From positions 1 through 45,265 of the forward strand of contig JBHIAH010000017.1 of NCBI GenBank assembly GCA_046758505.1: DNA of 45,265 nucleotides, in the 5' to 3' direction. The position numbers and the translations under genes are program-made. Below are positions 34,130 to 43,384 of the stretch, piece after piece (positions within the stretch are counted from its first letter, which is position 1; each line of letters begins with the position of its first letter). This DNA comes from Candidatus Methylomirabilales bacterium. Its GTDB lineage: Bacteria; Methylomirabilota; Methylomirabilia; Methylomirabilales; CSP1-5. The notes under the pieces are model-generated. The model was not told the DNA's origin, made no database searches, and saw nothing but the letters and a program-made list of their open reading frames with translations.

Positions 34130-34996
34130 TTAAAAATCTTCCTCGTCCCCGTGTTCATCATGGAGCCACACGAGGTACTCCACCAGGTGTTCTGACAGGT
34201 GGTAAAAGGCTTGACTGACCTTCGTCTCTTTGTGGGTCAGCACATAGGGAGCGGTTTCCGCTTCGATGGTTGCCAGCGCGGGCTCGTAAGGGATCGCCAC
34301 CCGAATCGGGATGCCGAAGGTCTGGCCGAGGCCCTCTACGTTCTCGCCACTCGAGCGCCCTTCCATGTTCGAGACAAGCCCGATGGCTGGGGTGCTACTT
34401 GCATCGAAGAACTGCCAGAGGCGTCGGATGCGCTCCCGCTCCCCGGCCCGCGAGACGATGAGCGCGGCATCGATGGCCGGTAAGACCTCCGAGAGGTCCT
34501 CGACCGCCTCGATCCCTGCCGGAAGCTCGATCAGGAGCAGGTCGAGGCCATCCCACTCGACCTCTCCAAGGGACCGCTGCACCGGGCCCCAGTCCCTGAG
34601 GCTCGCCATGCCTTCTCTAGAGGGCTCCCCGATCACCATATCCAGGGTCACGACCTTGACGCCCCCAAGGCCACCCGCCGGAAGGAGGCGGGGACCCCGT
34701 TTCTCCAACCCGCGCGGCGCTCCGCCGAACCTCTGGGGGAAGGACGAGCCACCGAGATCGAGGATCCCGACCGTAGGCACCCGTCGGCGCTCTGTGTCGA
34801 GTCCTTCAAATTTCGCGTGCCTCAGGGCCAAGGCCAAATTGAACGTACACGTGCTCACCCCAACGCCCCGTCTCGTGCCCGTGACGGCCACCGTGAACTC
34901 CACCGGTGCCATCAGGGCCTTGAGCCGCCTGAGTGTCTCGGGCTCGTCGAGCTGAAGCGCCGTGCGCCCTCGCAGTTCGCTTTCTGGAATTGCCAT
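34130..34996 (-). CDS. Degenerate Mrp/NBP35 (ApbC)-like P-loop protein
   Basis: VTGTRRGVGVST..NLALAL, EWDGLDLLLIELPAG, IGLVSNME and IPYEP map onto the Mrp motifs GKGGVGKST, WGxLDxLxxDxPPG and GxVENM. Start ATG 34996 after GGAGG. Confidence 0.75.
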   Translation of the reverse strand: MAIPESELRGRTALQLDEPETLRRLKALMAPVEFTVAVTGTRRGVGVSTCTFNLALALRHAKFEGLDTERRRVPTVGILDLGGSSFPQRFGGAPRGLEKRGPRLLPAGGLGGVKVVTLDMVIGEPSREGMASLRDWGPVQRSLGEVEWDGLDLLLIELPAGIEAVEDLSEVLPAIDAALIVSRAGERERIRRLWQFFDASSTPAIGLVSNMEGRSSGENVEGLGQTFGIPIRVAIPYEPALATIEAETAPYVLTHKETKVSQAFYHLSEHLVEYLVWLHDEHGDEEDF

Positions 34997-35059
34997 CGTG
35001 TCATCCTCCCGATCGCCTTTCACTCGTTTTCCGTGAGATCCATCCGAGACCGCACGGGG

Positions 35060-37732
35060 TTAGACGATGTCCCTCCGGGCAAAGCTCATGGCTTCGAAGG
35101 ATCGCTTGTAGGGGGACTCCCCGATCCGCGTGACCTTTGCCACCGCCAGCATGAAGCGGTAGTGGTCGCTGAGGGGGTCCGGAACCCGGGGGATGAGATC
35201 ATTGATAGAGTTGGTGGTGTCGAACTTCAGGGCGGCCACGACGCCTCTCTTGACTGCCGGGGTAACGATGGCCACGGCCGAAATAGAAGCCCTGGTCATC
35301 TTGATATGGCCGTTCTTCATGAGCCCGGTGAAGCTGTTGTCGTTTCCCATCACCCCGTAGAATCCCCCGGTCTGGATGGCGACCCTGTCATTGGTGAGGC
35401 TCACCATGTCGCCGCTTTCGATCCCGCGGGGACCGGCATCGTCCGGATGGACTTCTACGAAGATCTCCGGCCACCGCTGCATGATGTATGGCTTGCGCAT
35501 GTCGTCGAACATGGTCTGCCACGTCTCGTTGATGCGGACGTTGATCAGCCAGAGCTCCTCCCCCGTGGGCCGCATCCACTCGTAGTAGTCGGAGAAGAGG
35601 TCCCATGGCGACCGCATCCAGTTGAACTTGCCGGACTGCGACTTGGCAGAGGTCAGCCATATCGGCCAGACAGTGGGGCCCTGGGGGCCGGTCTCGGGGA
35701 GCTTCAGTGTCGAGTCGTGGAGCCGCGCCGTCCCGACCAGTTTTCCATCCTCGTACCGGATCGGACACTGAATCCCCTGGGTGCCATACGTCCGTAAGAG
35801 GTCGTGGGCGCGCATCCCTTTCTTCTTGGCCAGCCAAACCAGGGGATGGTAGTTCACCCGGCTTCCCCGTCTGAACCGGGCGCCCTCCTCGAAGACCTCG
35901 TTCGAGTCTTTCCAGTGAAACCCTTCAAAACCCATTCGCTTGGCAAACTGGGCGGCGACCCACCAGTCCGGCTTGGCCTCCCCGGGGGGATCGTAGAACT
36001 TGGAGTAAAGCCGCAGCCGCCGCTCACCGTTACATCGGGCGAAATCCTCCTCGCCCCACGTCGCGGCCGGCAGCACGATATCGGCATACCGGGAGCCGAT
36101 GGGGTCCCGCAGGTAGATCTCCTGGCTGACCACGACCATCCCGCCGCTGTCCACCCGCTTTGTGAGGGTCTCGATGGCTTGGGCCTTGTCGAAGGTTTGA
36201 ATCTGGTGCGGGTTGCCCCGGGTCATCGCTTCAAAGACGCGGCGCAGCTCGGCGCCTCCCGCCATCGACTGGATCCAGGTCGTCCCGATGACCCACGCGA
36301 ACCGCACGTTTCCGCTCTGCACCCACCGGTCGAGGTCGAGCTTCTTTTTTCGTCTGCCGGGGAACTTCTCCGGGGACCTTTCGTTGGGGTATCGCCCCGC
36401 GGTGTTCCCGCCGCGCTGGTGACCGCCAAACCGGCCGATCATCTGGCCGGGGCGGTTCCCGGTCCCGCAGAGGAGGGCGAGTGTCGCGATGGAGACGGTG
36501 TTCAGATAATTGTTCGACCAGTAGAACCCCTTCTCGACCCCGATCGAGGTCTTGGGCCGCTTGCCCCCCAGCGGCTTGGCCATCATCTCTGCCGCCCTGA
36601 TGATCTTCTCCCGGGGGACGCCGGTCTCCTTTTCGGCAAAATCGAGGGTCGATTCCTTTTGGGAAAGTAGCCACTTCTTGTAATCGGTGTAACTTCGGCC
36701 CTCGAGTTTCCCCCAGGTGGTCCGCCACTGCCAGGGGGTGTTCCGCGTGCCCTGACCAAAGCCCGAGTCGGTCTCCCATTTGTTCGAGGTGTATTTGGCA
36801 ATCCAATCCTTATCCTCCCAGCCGTTCTCAAGGATGACCCGCGAGAGGGCCATCAAGAGGATCGTATCGGTCCCGGGGTTGAGCTGGAGGAAGAGGCCCC
36901 CGTGCTTCTCGGCATAGGCCGCCCCCGTGGTCTTCCGGGGATTGGCCATGATGACCTTGAGGGTCCCCCTTTGTATCCCCGGCAGGATCCACGAGGTAAA
37001 CAGGACCGACTTGGTCTCGTACGGGTCACAGCCCGCGCAATACAGGACGTCGGCGTTTCCCCAGTCCCAGTAAGCCGGACCGAAGTTATCGACCCCCACG
37101 TCCCGGAAGCCGGGGGTCGAATTGGTGTTGGCGGTCCCGGTCCAGTGGGAAGCCCACGCCGGGGTCTTGACATGCCGGAAGGCGATCTTGGTCAGGGCGT
37201 AGGTGTTCTCGAAAAACTGGTAGCTGTACATCTTCATGGCCCAGGCGTGGACGCCGTGCTTGTCGATAACGTGCTTCGAGACCTCGGCCATGATGTCTAA
37301 CGCGGTATCCCAGGGAACCATCTGCAGGCTCCCCCCGACCCGGAGGAGGGGATGTTGCAGCCGGTCGGCCGTGGGCGTCTTGGGGTTATAGCACTTCTGG
37401 GCGATACAGCCCCCACGAATGCTGTGTGTTCCCCCCACGTTGACCACCTGCGAGTCGGCGTCGGGGATGACGATCACGTGGTGCGGCCTCCCCTCGTGCA
37501 TCACGATATTGTGCATGTTGGGACTGACCCACTTCCCCGTGTTGGGTGCGACGGGATAGTTCACCCCGAGGGCGTTCTGTCTCGCTTTCGGCCCGCCCTC
37601 TTTCCCTAGGGGCCACCGGTAGACCTTGTACCCGCAGCCGACGACGCAATAGTCGCACGCCGTCGTCAGCACATCGGCGTCCTTCGGGGGGAGGGGAACC
37701 CTGTCTTCCGGAATGTAATATGGGGTTGCCAT
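35060..37732 (-). CDS. idrA: IdrA-like (iodate reductase / arsenite oxidase AioA family) molybdoenzyme large subunit, with a divergent active site
   Basis: VPLPPKDA..TTACDYCVVGCGYKVYRWP and HSIRGG ([3Fe-4S] motif), ENTYALTK, EKG.YWSNNY, GGHQRGG and NGERRLRLY. No signal peptide of its own; preceded by a Rieske subunit and two peroxidases. Confidence 0.75.
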   Translation of the reverse strand: MATPYYIPEDRVPLPPKDADVLTTACDYCVVGCGYKVYRWPLGKEGGPKARQNALGVNYPVAPNTGKWVSPNMHNIVMHEGRPHHVIVIPDADSQVVNVGGTHSIRGGCIAQKCYNPKTPTADRLQHPLLRVGGSLQMVPWDTALDIMAEVSKHVIDKHGVHAWAMKMYSYQFFENTYALTKIAFRHVKTPAWASHWTGTANTNSTPGFRDVGVDNFGPAYWDWGNADVLYCAGCDPYETKSVLFTSWILPGIQRGTLKVIMANPRKTTGAAYAEKHGGLFLQLNPGTDTILLMALSRVILENGWEDKDWIAKYTSNKWETDSGFGQGTRNTPWQWRTTWGKLEGRSYTDYKKWLLSQKESTLDFAEKETGVPREKIIRAAEMMAKPLGGKRPKTSIGVEKGFYWSNNYLNTVSIATLALLCGTGNRPGQMIGRFGGHQRGGNTAGRYPNERSPEKFPGRRKKKLDLDRWVQSGNVRFAWVIGTTWIQSMAGGAELRRVFEAMTRGNPHQIQTFDKAQAIETLTKRVDSGGMVVVSQEIYLRDPIGSRYADIVLPAATWGEEDFARCNGERRLRLYSKFYDPPGEAKPDWWVAAQFAKRMGFEGFHWKDSNEVFEEGARFRRGSRVNYHPLVWLAKKKGMRAHDLLRTYGTQGIQCPIRYEDGKLVGTARLHDSTLKLPETGPQGPTVWPIWLTSAKSQSGKFNWMRSPWDLFSDYYEWMRPTGEELWLINVRINETWQTMFDDMRKPYIMQRWPEIFVEVHPDDAGPRGIESGDMVSLTNDRVAIQTGGFYGVMGNDNSFTGLMKNGHIKMTRASISAVAIVTPAVKRGVVAALKFDTTNSINDLIPRVPDPLSDHYRFMLAVAKVTRIGESPYKRSFEAMSFARRDIV

Positions 37733-37746
37733 TCTTGGTCTCCTCC

Positions 37747-38307
37747 TTACGCCTTCGACCGCAGGTTATCGCTATACCCGTACATCAGGCCGACGATTCC
37801 CGTGGCGTAGATCTCTCGCCCCCTGACCTCGAGGACGATTTGCGGGAGTGGCGCCGTGGCGTGACCGGCCACGACCATGCCGTGCCTGGTGAGATCAAAG
37901 GTGCTCAGGTGAAAGGGGCAGGGCCCGAGGACCTTGTGCTCGGCCTTGTACGTCCCCATCAGCGGGCCCCCCATGTGGGTGCAGAGGTAGTTGAAGGCGA
38001 CGATGTCCCGCCCGCGCCCGACCCCCCCGCCCGCGGGGGCGCCCAGTTTGATCACGAAACAGCTTGAGTGGAGGTCGTTGTAGGGATAGCTAAAGGAAAC
38101 GGGCACGTTCGTCTTGAGCTGGCTCACGGTCGCGATCTTTTTCTCGGGATACCGGCTGAACTTGACCTTCCGGTCCCCAAAGGCGGTCCCGGGAAAGACG
38201 CTGGAGAGGAGCACGGTGGCCGTGACGCCACCTCCCGCTGCGAGAAACTGCCTGCGGGTCAAGCAGGGGGACTCCACGCATGGATGATCCAATTCCTTCT
38301 TGTTCAC
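37747..38307 (-). CDS. idrB: IdrB/AioB-like Rieske [2Fe-2S] small subunit
   Basis: Tat TRRQFL, CTHMGG...CPFH Rieske motifs without the disulfide Cys pair, GHATAPLPQI and GLMYG. Confidence 0.8.
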   Translation of the reverse strand: MNKKELDHPCVESPCLTRRQFLAAGGGVTATVLLSSVFPGTAFGDRKVKFSRYPEKKIATVSQLKTNVPVSFSYPYNDLHSSCFVIKLGAPAGGGVGRGRDIVAFNYLCTHMGGPLMGTYKAEHKVLGPCPFHLSTFDLTRHGMVVAGHATAPLPQIVLEVRGREIYATGIVGLMYGYSDNLRSKA

Positions 38308-38341
38308 GGTGTCACCTCCTCTGGCGCACGTTCCGGCGCGC

Positions 38342-39496
38342 TTACTTCGTGACCATCACCGCATATTCGGGCAAACGGGGCATTTCGAGGAGGATCTCCT
38401 TCCCCGAAAGGCTATCCAGAAAAGCCAGCAGGACTTCCTTCTCCTGATCGGTGAGGTGGAGCTTTCTCACCTTCGTCGTCTTGGTGGCAATACCGAAATA
38501 TTTCGAGGCCTGGTCCTCCCCGCCGCCCCGGTTGTAGAAGTCGACGACCTCCTCGAGGGTGGCGAAGACCCCGTTGTGCATGTAGGGCGCCGTGTACTTC
38601 AGGTACCGCAGGGTCGGCGTCCTAAACTTGGCCATGTCCTCTTTTCTCTTCGCCCGGTAGAAGAGGCCGAGGTCGGTCTTGGTCTTGCGGTAGACGTCCT
38701 CGGGGACCCCCTTGGCGTACTGCTCGAACCGGAAGGTGATTTGTTTGAAGGGATCTTGCGTGAAGGCCGGGTTCTCCGGCACCCCCAGGTTGTAGTACTT
38801 CTGGTCCGTGAAGAAAGGTCCGTTGTGGCACTGGATGCAGCCGGCCTTCCCCTGGAAGAGCGCCAACCCCTGCTGGGCCTTGGCGGATAGGGCCGCCATG
38901 TCCCCCTGCATGTACCGGTCAAAGGGGGTATCCCGCTGGACGAGGGTCCGCTCGAAGGCGGCGATGGCCCGCCAGGCATTCTTGAGGAGCGGCCACTCAT
39001 CGCCAAACACCTCTTTAAAGCGCTTGCGATACTCGGGGATCTGATAGAGGCGGGCTTCCATCGTATCCCGCTCGCCGTTGCCGGCCACCGCTCCCCTGGC
39101 GGCCGTCTCTGCCTGGGCCTCGAGGCTTCGACTGGACCCGGCCCAGAAGAGCTTGTTGTAGTACGCGCTGTTGATGATCGTCTGGATATTGCGCCAGTGG
39201 GAGGTACCGGGGTATCCCCGGCCAATGTCCTGGCCGTCGCCCCATCCGAGCTTGGGAACGTGACAGGTCTCACAACTCAGACTCGTATCCCCGGTGAGCC
39301 TGGGATCGAAAAAGAGGAGCTTTCCCAGCTCGACCTTGGCACGGCTCATCGGGTTGTCGGGGGGAATGGGTGGCGGCCCGAGTGCCCCGAGCGGGGGAAT
39401 CTGTTCGGCCAGAACAGTCTTTCCACTTGCGGAGAGACCGACGGCCATCACGACGGCTGCGAGGAGTAAGGGAACCGCTCTCCCTATTGTTTTCAT
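38342..39496 (-). CDS. idrP1: Diheme cytochrome c peroxidase/MauG-family protein (IdrP1-like)
   Basis: Signal peptide, LGKLLFFDPRL..SCETCH, CIQCHNGP and FRTPTLR...TAPYMHNG; adjacent to idrB. Confidence 0.75.
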   Translation of the reverse strand: MKTIGRAVPLLLAAVVMAVGLSASGKTVLAEQIPPLGALGPPPIPPDNPMSRAKVELGKLLFFDPRLTGDTSLSCETCHVPKLGWGDGQDIGRGYPGTSHWRNIQTIINSAYYNKLFWAGSSRSLEAQAETAARGAVAGNGERDTMEARLYQIPEYRKRFKEVFGDEWPLLKNAWRAIAAFERTLVQRDTPFDRYMQGDMAALSAKAQQGLALFQGKAGCIQCHNGPFFTDQKYYNLGVPENPAFTQDPFKQITFRFEQYAKGVPEDVYRKTKTDLGLFYRAKRKEDMAKFRTPTLRYLKYTAPYMHNGVFATLEEVVDFYNRGGGEDQASKYFGIATKTTKVRKLHLTDQEKEVLLAFLDSLSGKEILLEMPRLPEYAVMVTK

Positions 39497-39523
39497 CTGC
39501 GTTGCTCCTCCGGGATTCGTGCG

Positions 39524-40642
39524 TCAGTTTCTCGTGTCGTACCAGTCGGTAATGAGGGGGTAGTCGAGCGGCAGGTCGTCAGGCATGGCCGCCGTGATTT
39601 CGTCCCCACTCAGGCTCTTGAGGAACGTCACGAGGTCACCGATCTCTCTCGTGGAGAGGCGGACCGGCGTGATGTCCGGCCCCGTCCCCTTGGCGTGAAA
39701 CGTGATCACTTGCTCCAGGGTCTTGAAAATCCCATTGTGCATGTAGGGCGCCGTTCGGGAGACCTCTCGCAAGGACGGGGTCACGAATCTGCCGATGTCC
39801 GCCCGGTTCTTGCTCACCGCATAGTACCCCACGTCGTGTTCGGCCCGCGCAAAGCCCGGGACCCCCATGGCGAGCTGGAAGGACCGCAGGGTAAAGTGCC
39901 GGAAGGGGTCACTCCAGATCTTGGGGTTTTCTGGCACGCCGAGGTTATGCGGCTTGTAGTCGGAGAGCATCGGCCCGTTGTGGCACTGGATGCAGCCGGC
40001 CTTCCCCCGGAAGAGCTTCAGTCCCCGCTTGGCCTTGCGGGAGAGGGCTCTCTTCTCACCCTTGAGATACTTGTCAAAAGGGACGTTTTTCGAGATCAGG
40101 GTTTTCTCAAATTCGCGGATGGAGTTTCGGATCTTCCCGAACGAAGGCTCCGCGTTCCAGGCCTCTTTGAACATCTTGACGTAGAAGGGAATCTGCTTGA
40201 TCCGCTCTTGCAAGAGCCGCCCGTCCATGTTCAGGAAGTGGGTCTCGGTGATGTGGTCCCTCACGTGCACCTGGAGCATGGACTTACCTGGGAGCCGGCC
40301 GTCCCAGTAGACCGTCTCTGCAAAGGCCACATTGACCGGGGACTTGGCGTTGCGGAAATATTTGGATCCGGGGTAGGCATCGGACAGCTCCTCATCGTTG
40401 CCCTCGTTGTTGGCCCATCCCTTGGTGGGGTCGTGACAGGTCGCGCACCGGATCGCGCCATCCCCGGAGAGTTTCGGATCGAAGAAGAGATACATCCCGA
40501 GCTTGGCCCGGGCTGGCTTCACCGTGGGGGGATCGGGCAAGGGAGCAAGATTCTCCGCCGCACGGGCCTTTTCGGGGGGCAGGGCAAAAAGGGAGAGGGC
40601 GATTATCATGAAGCCAGCGAACAATATAGTGACACCTTTCAT
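39524..40642 (-). CDS. idrP2: Diheme cytochrome c peroxidase/MauG-family protein (IdrP2-like)
   Basis: LG..LFFDPKLSGD..CATCH, WDGR, CIQCHNGP and TPSLRE..TAPYMHNG. ATG 40642 follows GGAGGAGG. Confidence 0.75.
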   Translation of the reverse strand: MKGVTILFAGFMIIALSLFALPPEKARAAENLAPLPDPPTVKPARAKLGMYLFFDPKLSGDGAIRCATCHDPTKGWANNEGNDEELSDAYPGSKYFRNAKSPVNVAFAETVYWDGRLPGKSMLQVHVRDHITETHFLNMDGRLLQERIKQIPFYVKMFKEAWNAEPSFGKIRNSIREFEKTLISKNVPFDKYLKGEKRALSRKAKRGLKLFRGKAGCIQCHNGPMLSDYKPHNLGVPENPKIWSDPFRHFTLRSFQLAMGVPGFARAEHDVGYYAVSKNRADIGRFVTPSLREVSRTAPYMHNGIFKTLEQVITFHAKGTGPDITPVRLSTREIGDLVTFLKSLSGDEITAAMPDDLPLDYPLITDWYDTRN

Positions 40643-40842
40643 CCCTTGCACCTCCTCCTCCGGAAGTTTCTGGCGGTCATGGGACAACAAAGGGGGTGCC
40701 CCGTTCCTTTGTGACTAAGCCATGAAGCTTGACGGTGAGCCACGATCTGAAATGCCAAGGGAGCGCGCCGTCGGCCGTTCGATCAGGGCCGGTGGTATGT
40801 AAGCCGCGACCGGGACAAGTCGATCTCAGATTGCCTCTCAAT

Positions 40843-40856
40843 ATGACGTAGATCAA
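40843..40856 (-). promoter_or_regulatory. FNR/Crp-like box upstream of the idr-like cluster
   Basis: TTGAT-CTAC-GTCAT on the minus strand matches TTGAT-N4-ATCAA at 8 of 10 positions, in an AT-richer intergenic gap. Confidence 0.5.
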
Positions 40857-40919
40857 CTTTTTTATCAAGGGGATATCGGGTAAGACCCCTGTGCCCGGCT
40901 GGACCGAGGATCCGCTGGC

Positions 40920-42551
40920 CTATCGGACCTCCTCGATCTGCAGGCGCTGCCACGTGGAGACCGCCTTCTGCCCATCCCGGTCCCCTTCGGTGCCGTCCCA
41001 GACGGCGAAGGCCACGGGCAGGGACTGACCCGGGCTGAACTGCGCGTCCCGTTTGCTTCCCGAATGGATGTTTCTCACCATGACTACCCGCCACTTCCCC
41101 TCGGTCCAGACACCCCTCCCCTGGACGTTCTGGTCTTGAGGGGGCTGGGATGTGAGGGTGCCGAAGCCGATCGCATTCAGGTCCTCCACCGATGAGCGGC
41201 GGTTCGGGCTAGAAAGCAAGCTCCCGGCCCCCCAACCGGCGAGGTACGTGGGATCATGCCTGGAGGTCGGGACCCTTACCTGGGCGGCGCTTGGGCTTCC
41301 CAGTGGGACGCCCTGATTGAACGGGTACTCGTCCACCGCCATTCCCGCGTAGCGGTCCTGAATATCCCGGTACCGCTGCAGGTCCGCTTCCCAGTCCGCC
41401 TTCCAGTGCCAGATATTCACCGGATCCTTCTTATCGCCCATGGTGAACGAGGGTTCACCGTGACCCGCACCCCGACGCGCGGGGGCCTGCACGGGGAACT
41501 GAACAGCCACGGCGTCCCGGAAGTCCTGGTGTCCTAAGACCTCCTGGTCCGCGATGGCGTCATCCCACTCGAGGAGGATAGCGATCTGCGTGCCGTTATG
41601 GAGGGATTTCACCGCCACACGGTCAATGGTCTTGGCTCGTGTCCAGAGGGTCCTCAGGGAAACTTGCGTCGCCGGGACCTTGGTCCACATCGATGCCATG
41701 GGATCAAGGGGGACGTTCCCCGGCAAAAATCGCGACCTGATCATTCCCGACTCCGTCGACGCCTCCTTTCGCGGCGTGCGCTGGGCGAGGGACAGGGTGT
41801 AATACGCCAGGGCCCACGTCTCCTCCTCGGTGAGGGAGTCGCCATACGAAGGCATCGGCGTGCCACCGATCCCTACCTGGAGGGTCCGATAGATATCCTG
41901 GACGGTCGAGCCGGCCTTCATCTTCCCGGGGATGGTGAAATCGTAGGGGACGATACGATAGCCCCACTCGTCTTTCAGGGTCGCGGCGGAGGGGCCGTCC
42001 CCCCTGCCGGAGATCCCGTGGCAGTCGAAGCACCCGCCCTCCTTGTAAAACTTTTTCCCCAGGGCGAGGAGCCGAGGCGTTCGCTTCGGCGGCCGTGGGA
42101 TTGCGACAAGCTGGCCGGCAGGTTGGGTTGTGAACACCGGGGAGAGGCTCTTGACGTAGGCGACCAGGGCCCCCCGCTCCTGCTCCGTGAGCGAGGCCCA
42201 CGAGGGCATTGAGGTCCCGGGGATCCCTTTGGTGATGGTTCTCAAGAGATCCTGATCGGTGGGGAGGTTCATCGTACTCCGGATCTTGAACCTGCCCCTG
42301 GTGAAGTCCCTGGGCTTCGGATACAGGAGGTACGCGGCAGGCCCGTTTCCCTTGCCTTCCCTGCCATGGCAGACGGCGCACTTCTCTTCGTACAATGCCT
42401 TTCCCGTGGTGAGGGTCCCCGAGGCGCGCTGCACCGTTTTCCCCCGGGGTGTCGCCTCCGGACCGCGCCCATCCCCCGGTCCCGCTGCCAGGGCGGTGAT
42501 CGTCAGCGCCGTGATGGCCACGACCGTGCCTTGCAAAGCCTTCCTGGCCAT
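40920..42551 (-). CDS. Diheme cytochrome c fused to an EB_dh heme-b-binding domain (NxrC/gamma-subunit-like)
   Basis: Signal peptide, CAVCH and CFDCH, then DAVAVQFP...FTMG...VNIWHWKA...VAFAVWDG..DRDGQKAVSTW (Met/Lys heme b ligands of type II DMSO-reductase gamma subunits); in the nxr operon. Confidence 0.85.
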   Translation of the reverse strand: MARKALQGTVVAITALTITALAAGPGDGRGPEATPRGKTVQRASGTLTTGKALYEEKCAVCHGREGKGNGPAAYLLYPKPRDFTRGRFKIRSTMNLPTDQDLLRTITKGIPGTSMPSWASLTEQERGALVAYVKSLSPVFTTQPAGQLVAIPRPPKRTPRLLALGKKFYKEGGCFDCHGISGRGDGPSAATLKDEWGYRIVPYDFTIPGKMKAGSTVQDIYRTLQVGIGGTPMPSYGDSLTEEETWALAYYTLSLAQRTPRKEASTESGMIRSRFLPGNVPLDPMASMWTKVPATQVSLRTLWTRAKTIDRVAVKSLHNGTQIAILLEWDDAIADQEVLGHQDFRDAVAVQFPVQAPARRGAGHGEPSFTMGDKKDPVNIWHWKADWEADLQRYRDIQDRYAGMAVDEYPFNQGVPLGSPSAAQVRVPTSRHDPTYLAGWGAGSLLSSPNRRSSVEDLNAIGFGTLTSQPPQDQNVQGRGVWTEGKWRVVMVRNIHSGSKRDAQFSPGQSLPVAFAVWDGTEGDRDGQKAVSTWQRLQIEEVR

Positions 42552-42564
42552 TTCACTCCCTCCT

Positions 42565-43353
42565 TCATGGATCCCGTTTGCGCGTCATGGCCCTCGTGGG
42601 GAGGCTGATCAGTGTCGGATCCTCTCCGCACCCCTCTGCTCCGCAGGGGAAATCCGGTCCGGCAGGCTCGACGTCGATGGGGGCGAGCTCGAGCGCGACG
42701 CTCTCGATCCGGATGCCGACGGCACGGCAGTCTGCCTCGAGGCAGTCCGCGGTCACATCGGCCAGCGTGCTGAGGATGCCGCCCACTCCACGGTCCGCGA
42801 GACGCCGCAGGAACGTCGGGGCCCACCGACCAAGGTGATGGTGCAGGAACTGTCCATACCCATCCCGGCAGACCTCCGCCTGTTCGATCCACTCCCGACC
42901 AAGGGCATACGCCTCCTTGATGGCGAGGACGTGCATGAACTCCAGCTCTACGGCGATGTGGTCCGGCCGCTCACGGCACGCCTCGGCACCCTCAAGGCCA
43001 AAGGCTCGGTAAAAGCCCGCGACGTCTGCCATGCATTGCGTCTCTTGGAACAGGTGTCGGGTGCCGTAGCGCGCCTCGTACGGGGGGATCTCGCCTGCGG
43101 CGGTATGACCGAAGACCGCGACGTGCTCCGACTCGAACTGCTCGCGTGGGCAGTCACGGAGCACGGTTCGGAGTGTTTCAAACGCCTCCACAGGCCACCC
43201 CAGGACGGCAAGGCCCCGTGCGGCCTCTCCGCCTAGTTCTCCCCGCAGCGCTCTGTACCCTGCCGCGGTTGGATAGGCGAATGCCGTGGAGAGGAAGCGG
43301 TACAGGTGGCCCCGGGCCAACGCCTCTTCGCACCGTTGTGTTGAGGTTCCCAT
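42565..43353 (-). CDS. TorD/DmsD/NarJ-family molybdoenzyme chaperone
   Basis: PPYE..Y, VAGFYRAFG, ERPDHIAVELEFM and FL..HLGRW. Confidence 0.92.
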   Translation of the reverse strand: MGTSTQRCEEALARGHLYRFLSTAFAYPTAAGYRALRGELGGEAARGLAVLGWPVEAFETLRTVLRDCPREQFESEHVAVFGHTAAGEIPPYEARYGTRHLFQETQCMADVAGFYRAFGLEGAEACRERPDHIAVELEFMHVLAIKEAYALGREWIEQAEVCRDGYGQFLHHHLGRWAPTFLRRLADRGVGGILSTLADVTADCLEADCRAVGIRIESVALELAPIDVEPAGPDFPCGAEGCGEDPTLISLPTRAMTRKRDP

Positions 43354-43384
43354 GATGTTCTCCTGCCGGGGGGCGCCCGCCGGC

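Noticed and set aside
35060..38307. Canonical arsenite oxidase aioBA
   Set aside because: It lacks HNRPAYNSE and GGHQEG (it has GGHQRG), is flanked by two peroxidases, and no aioXSR or ars genes are nearby.
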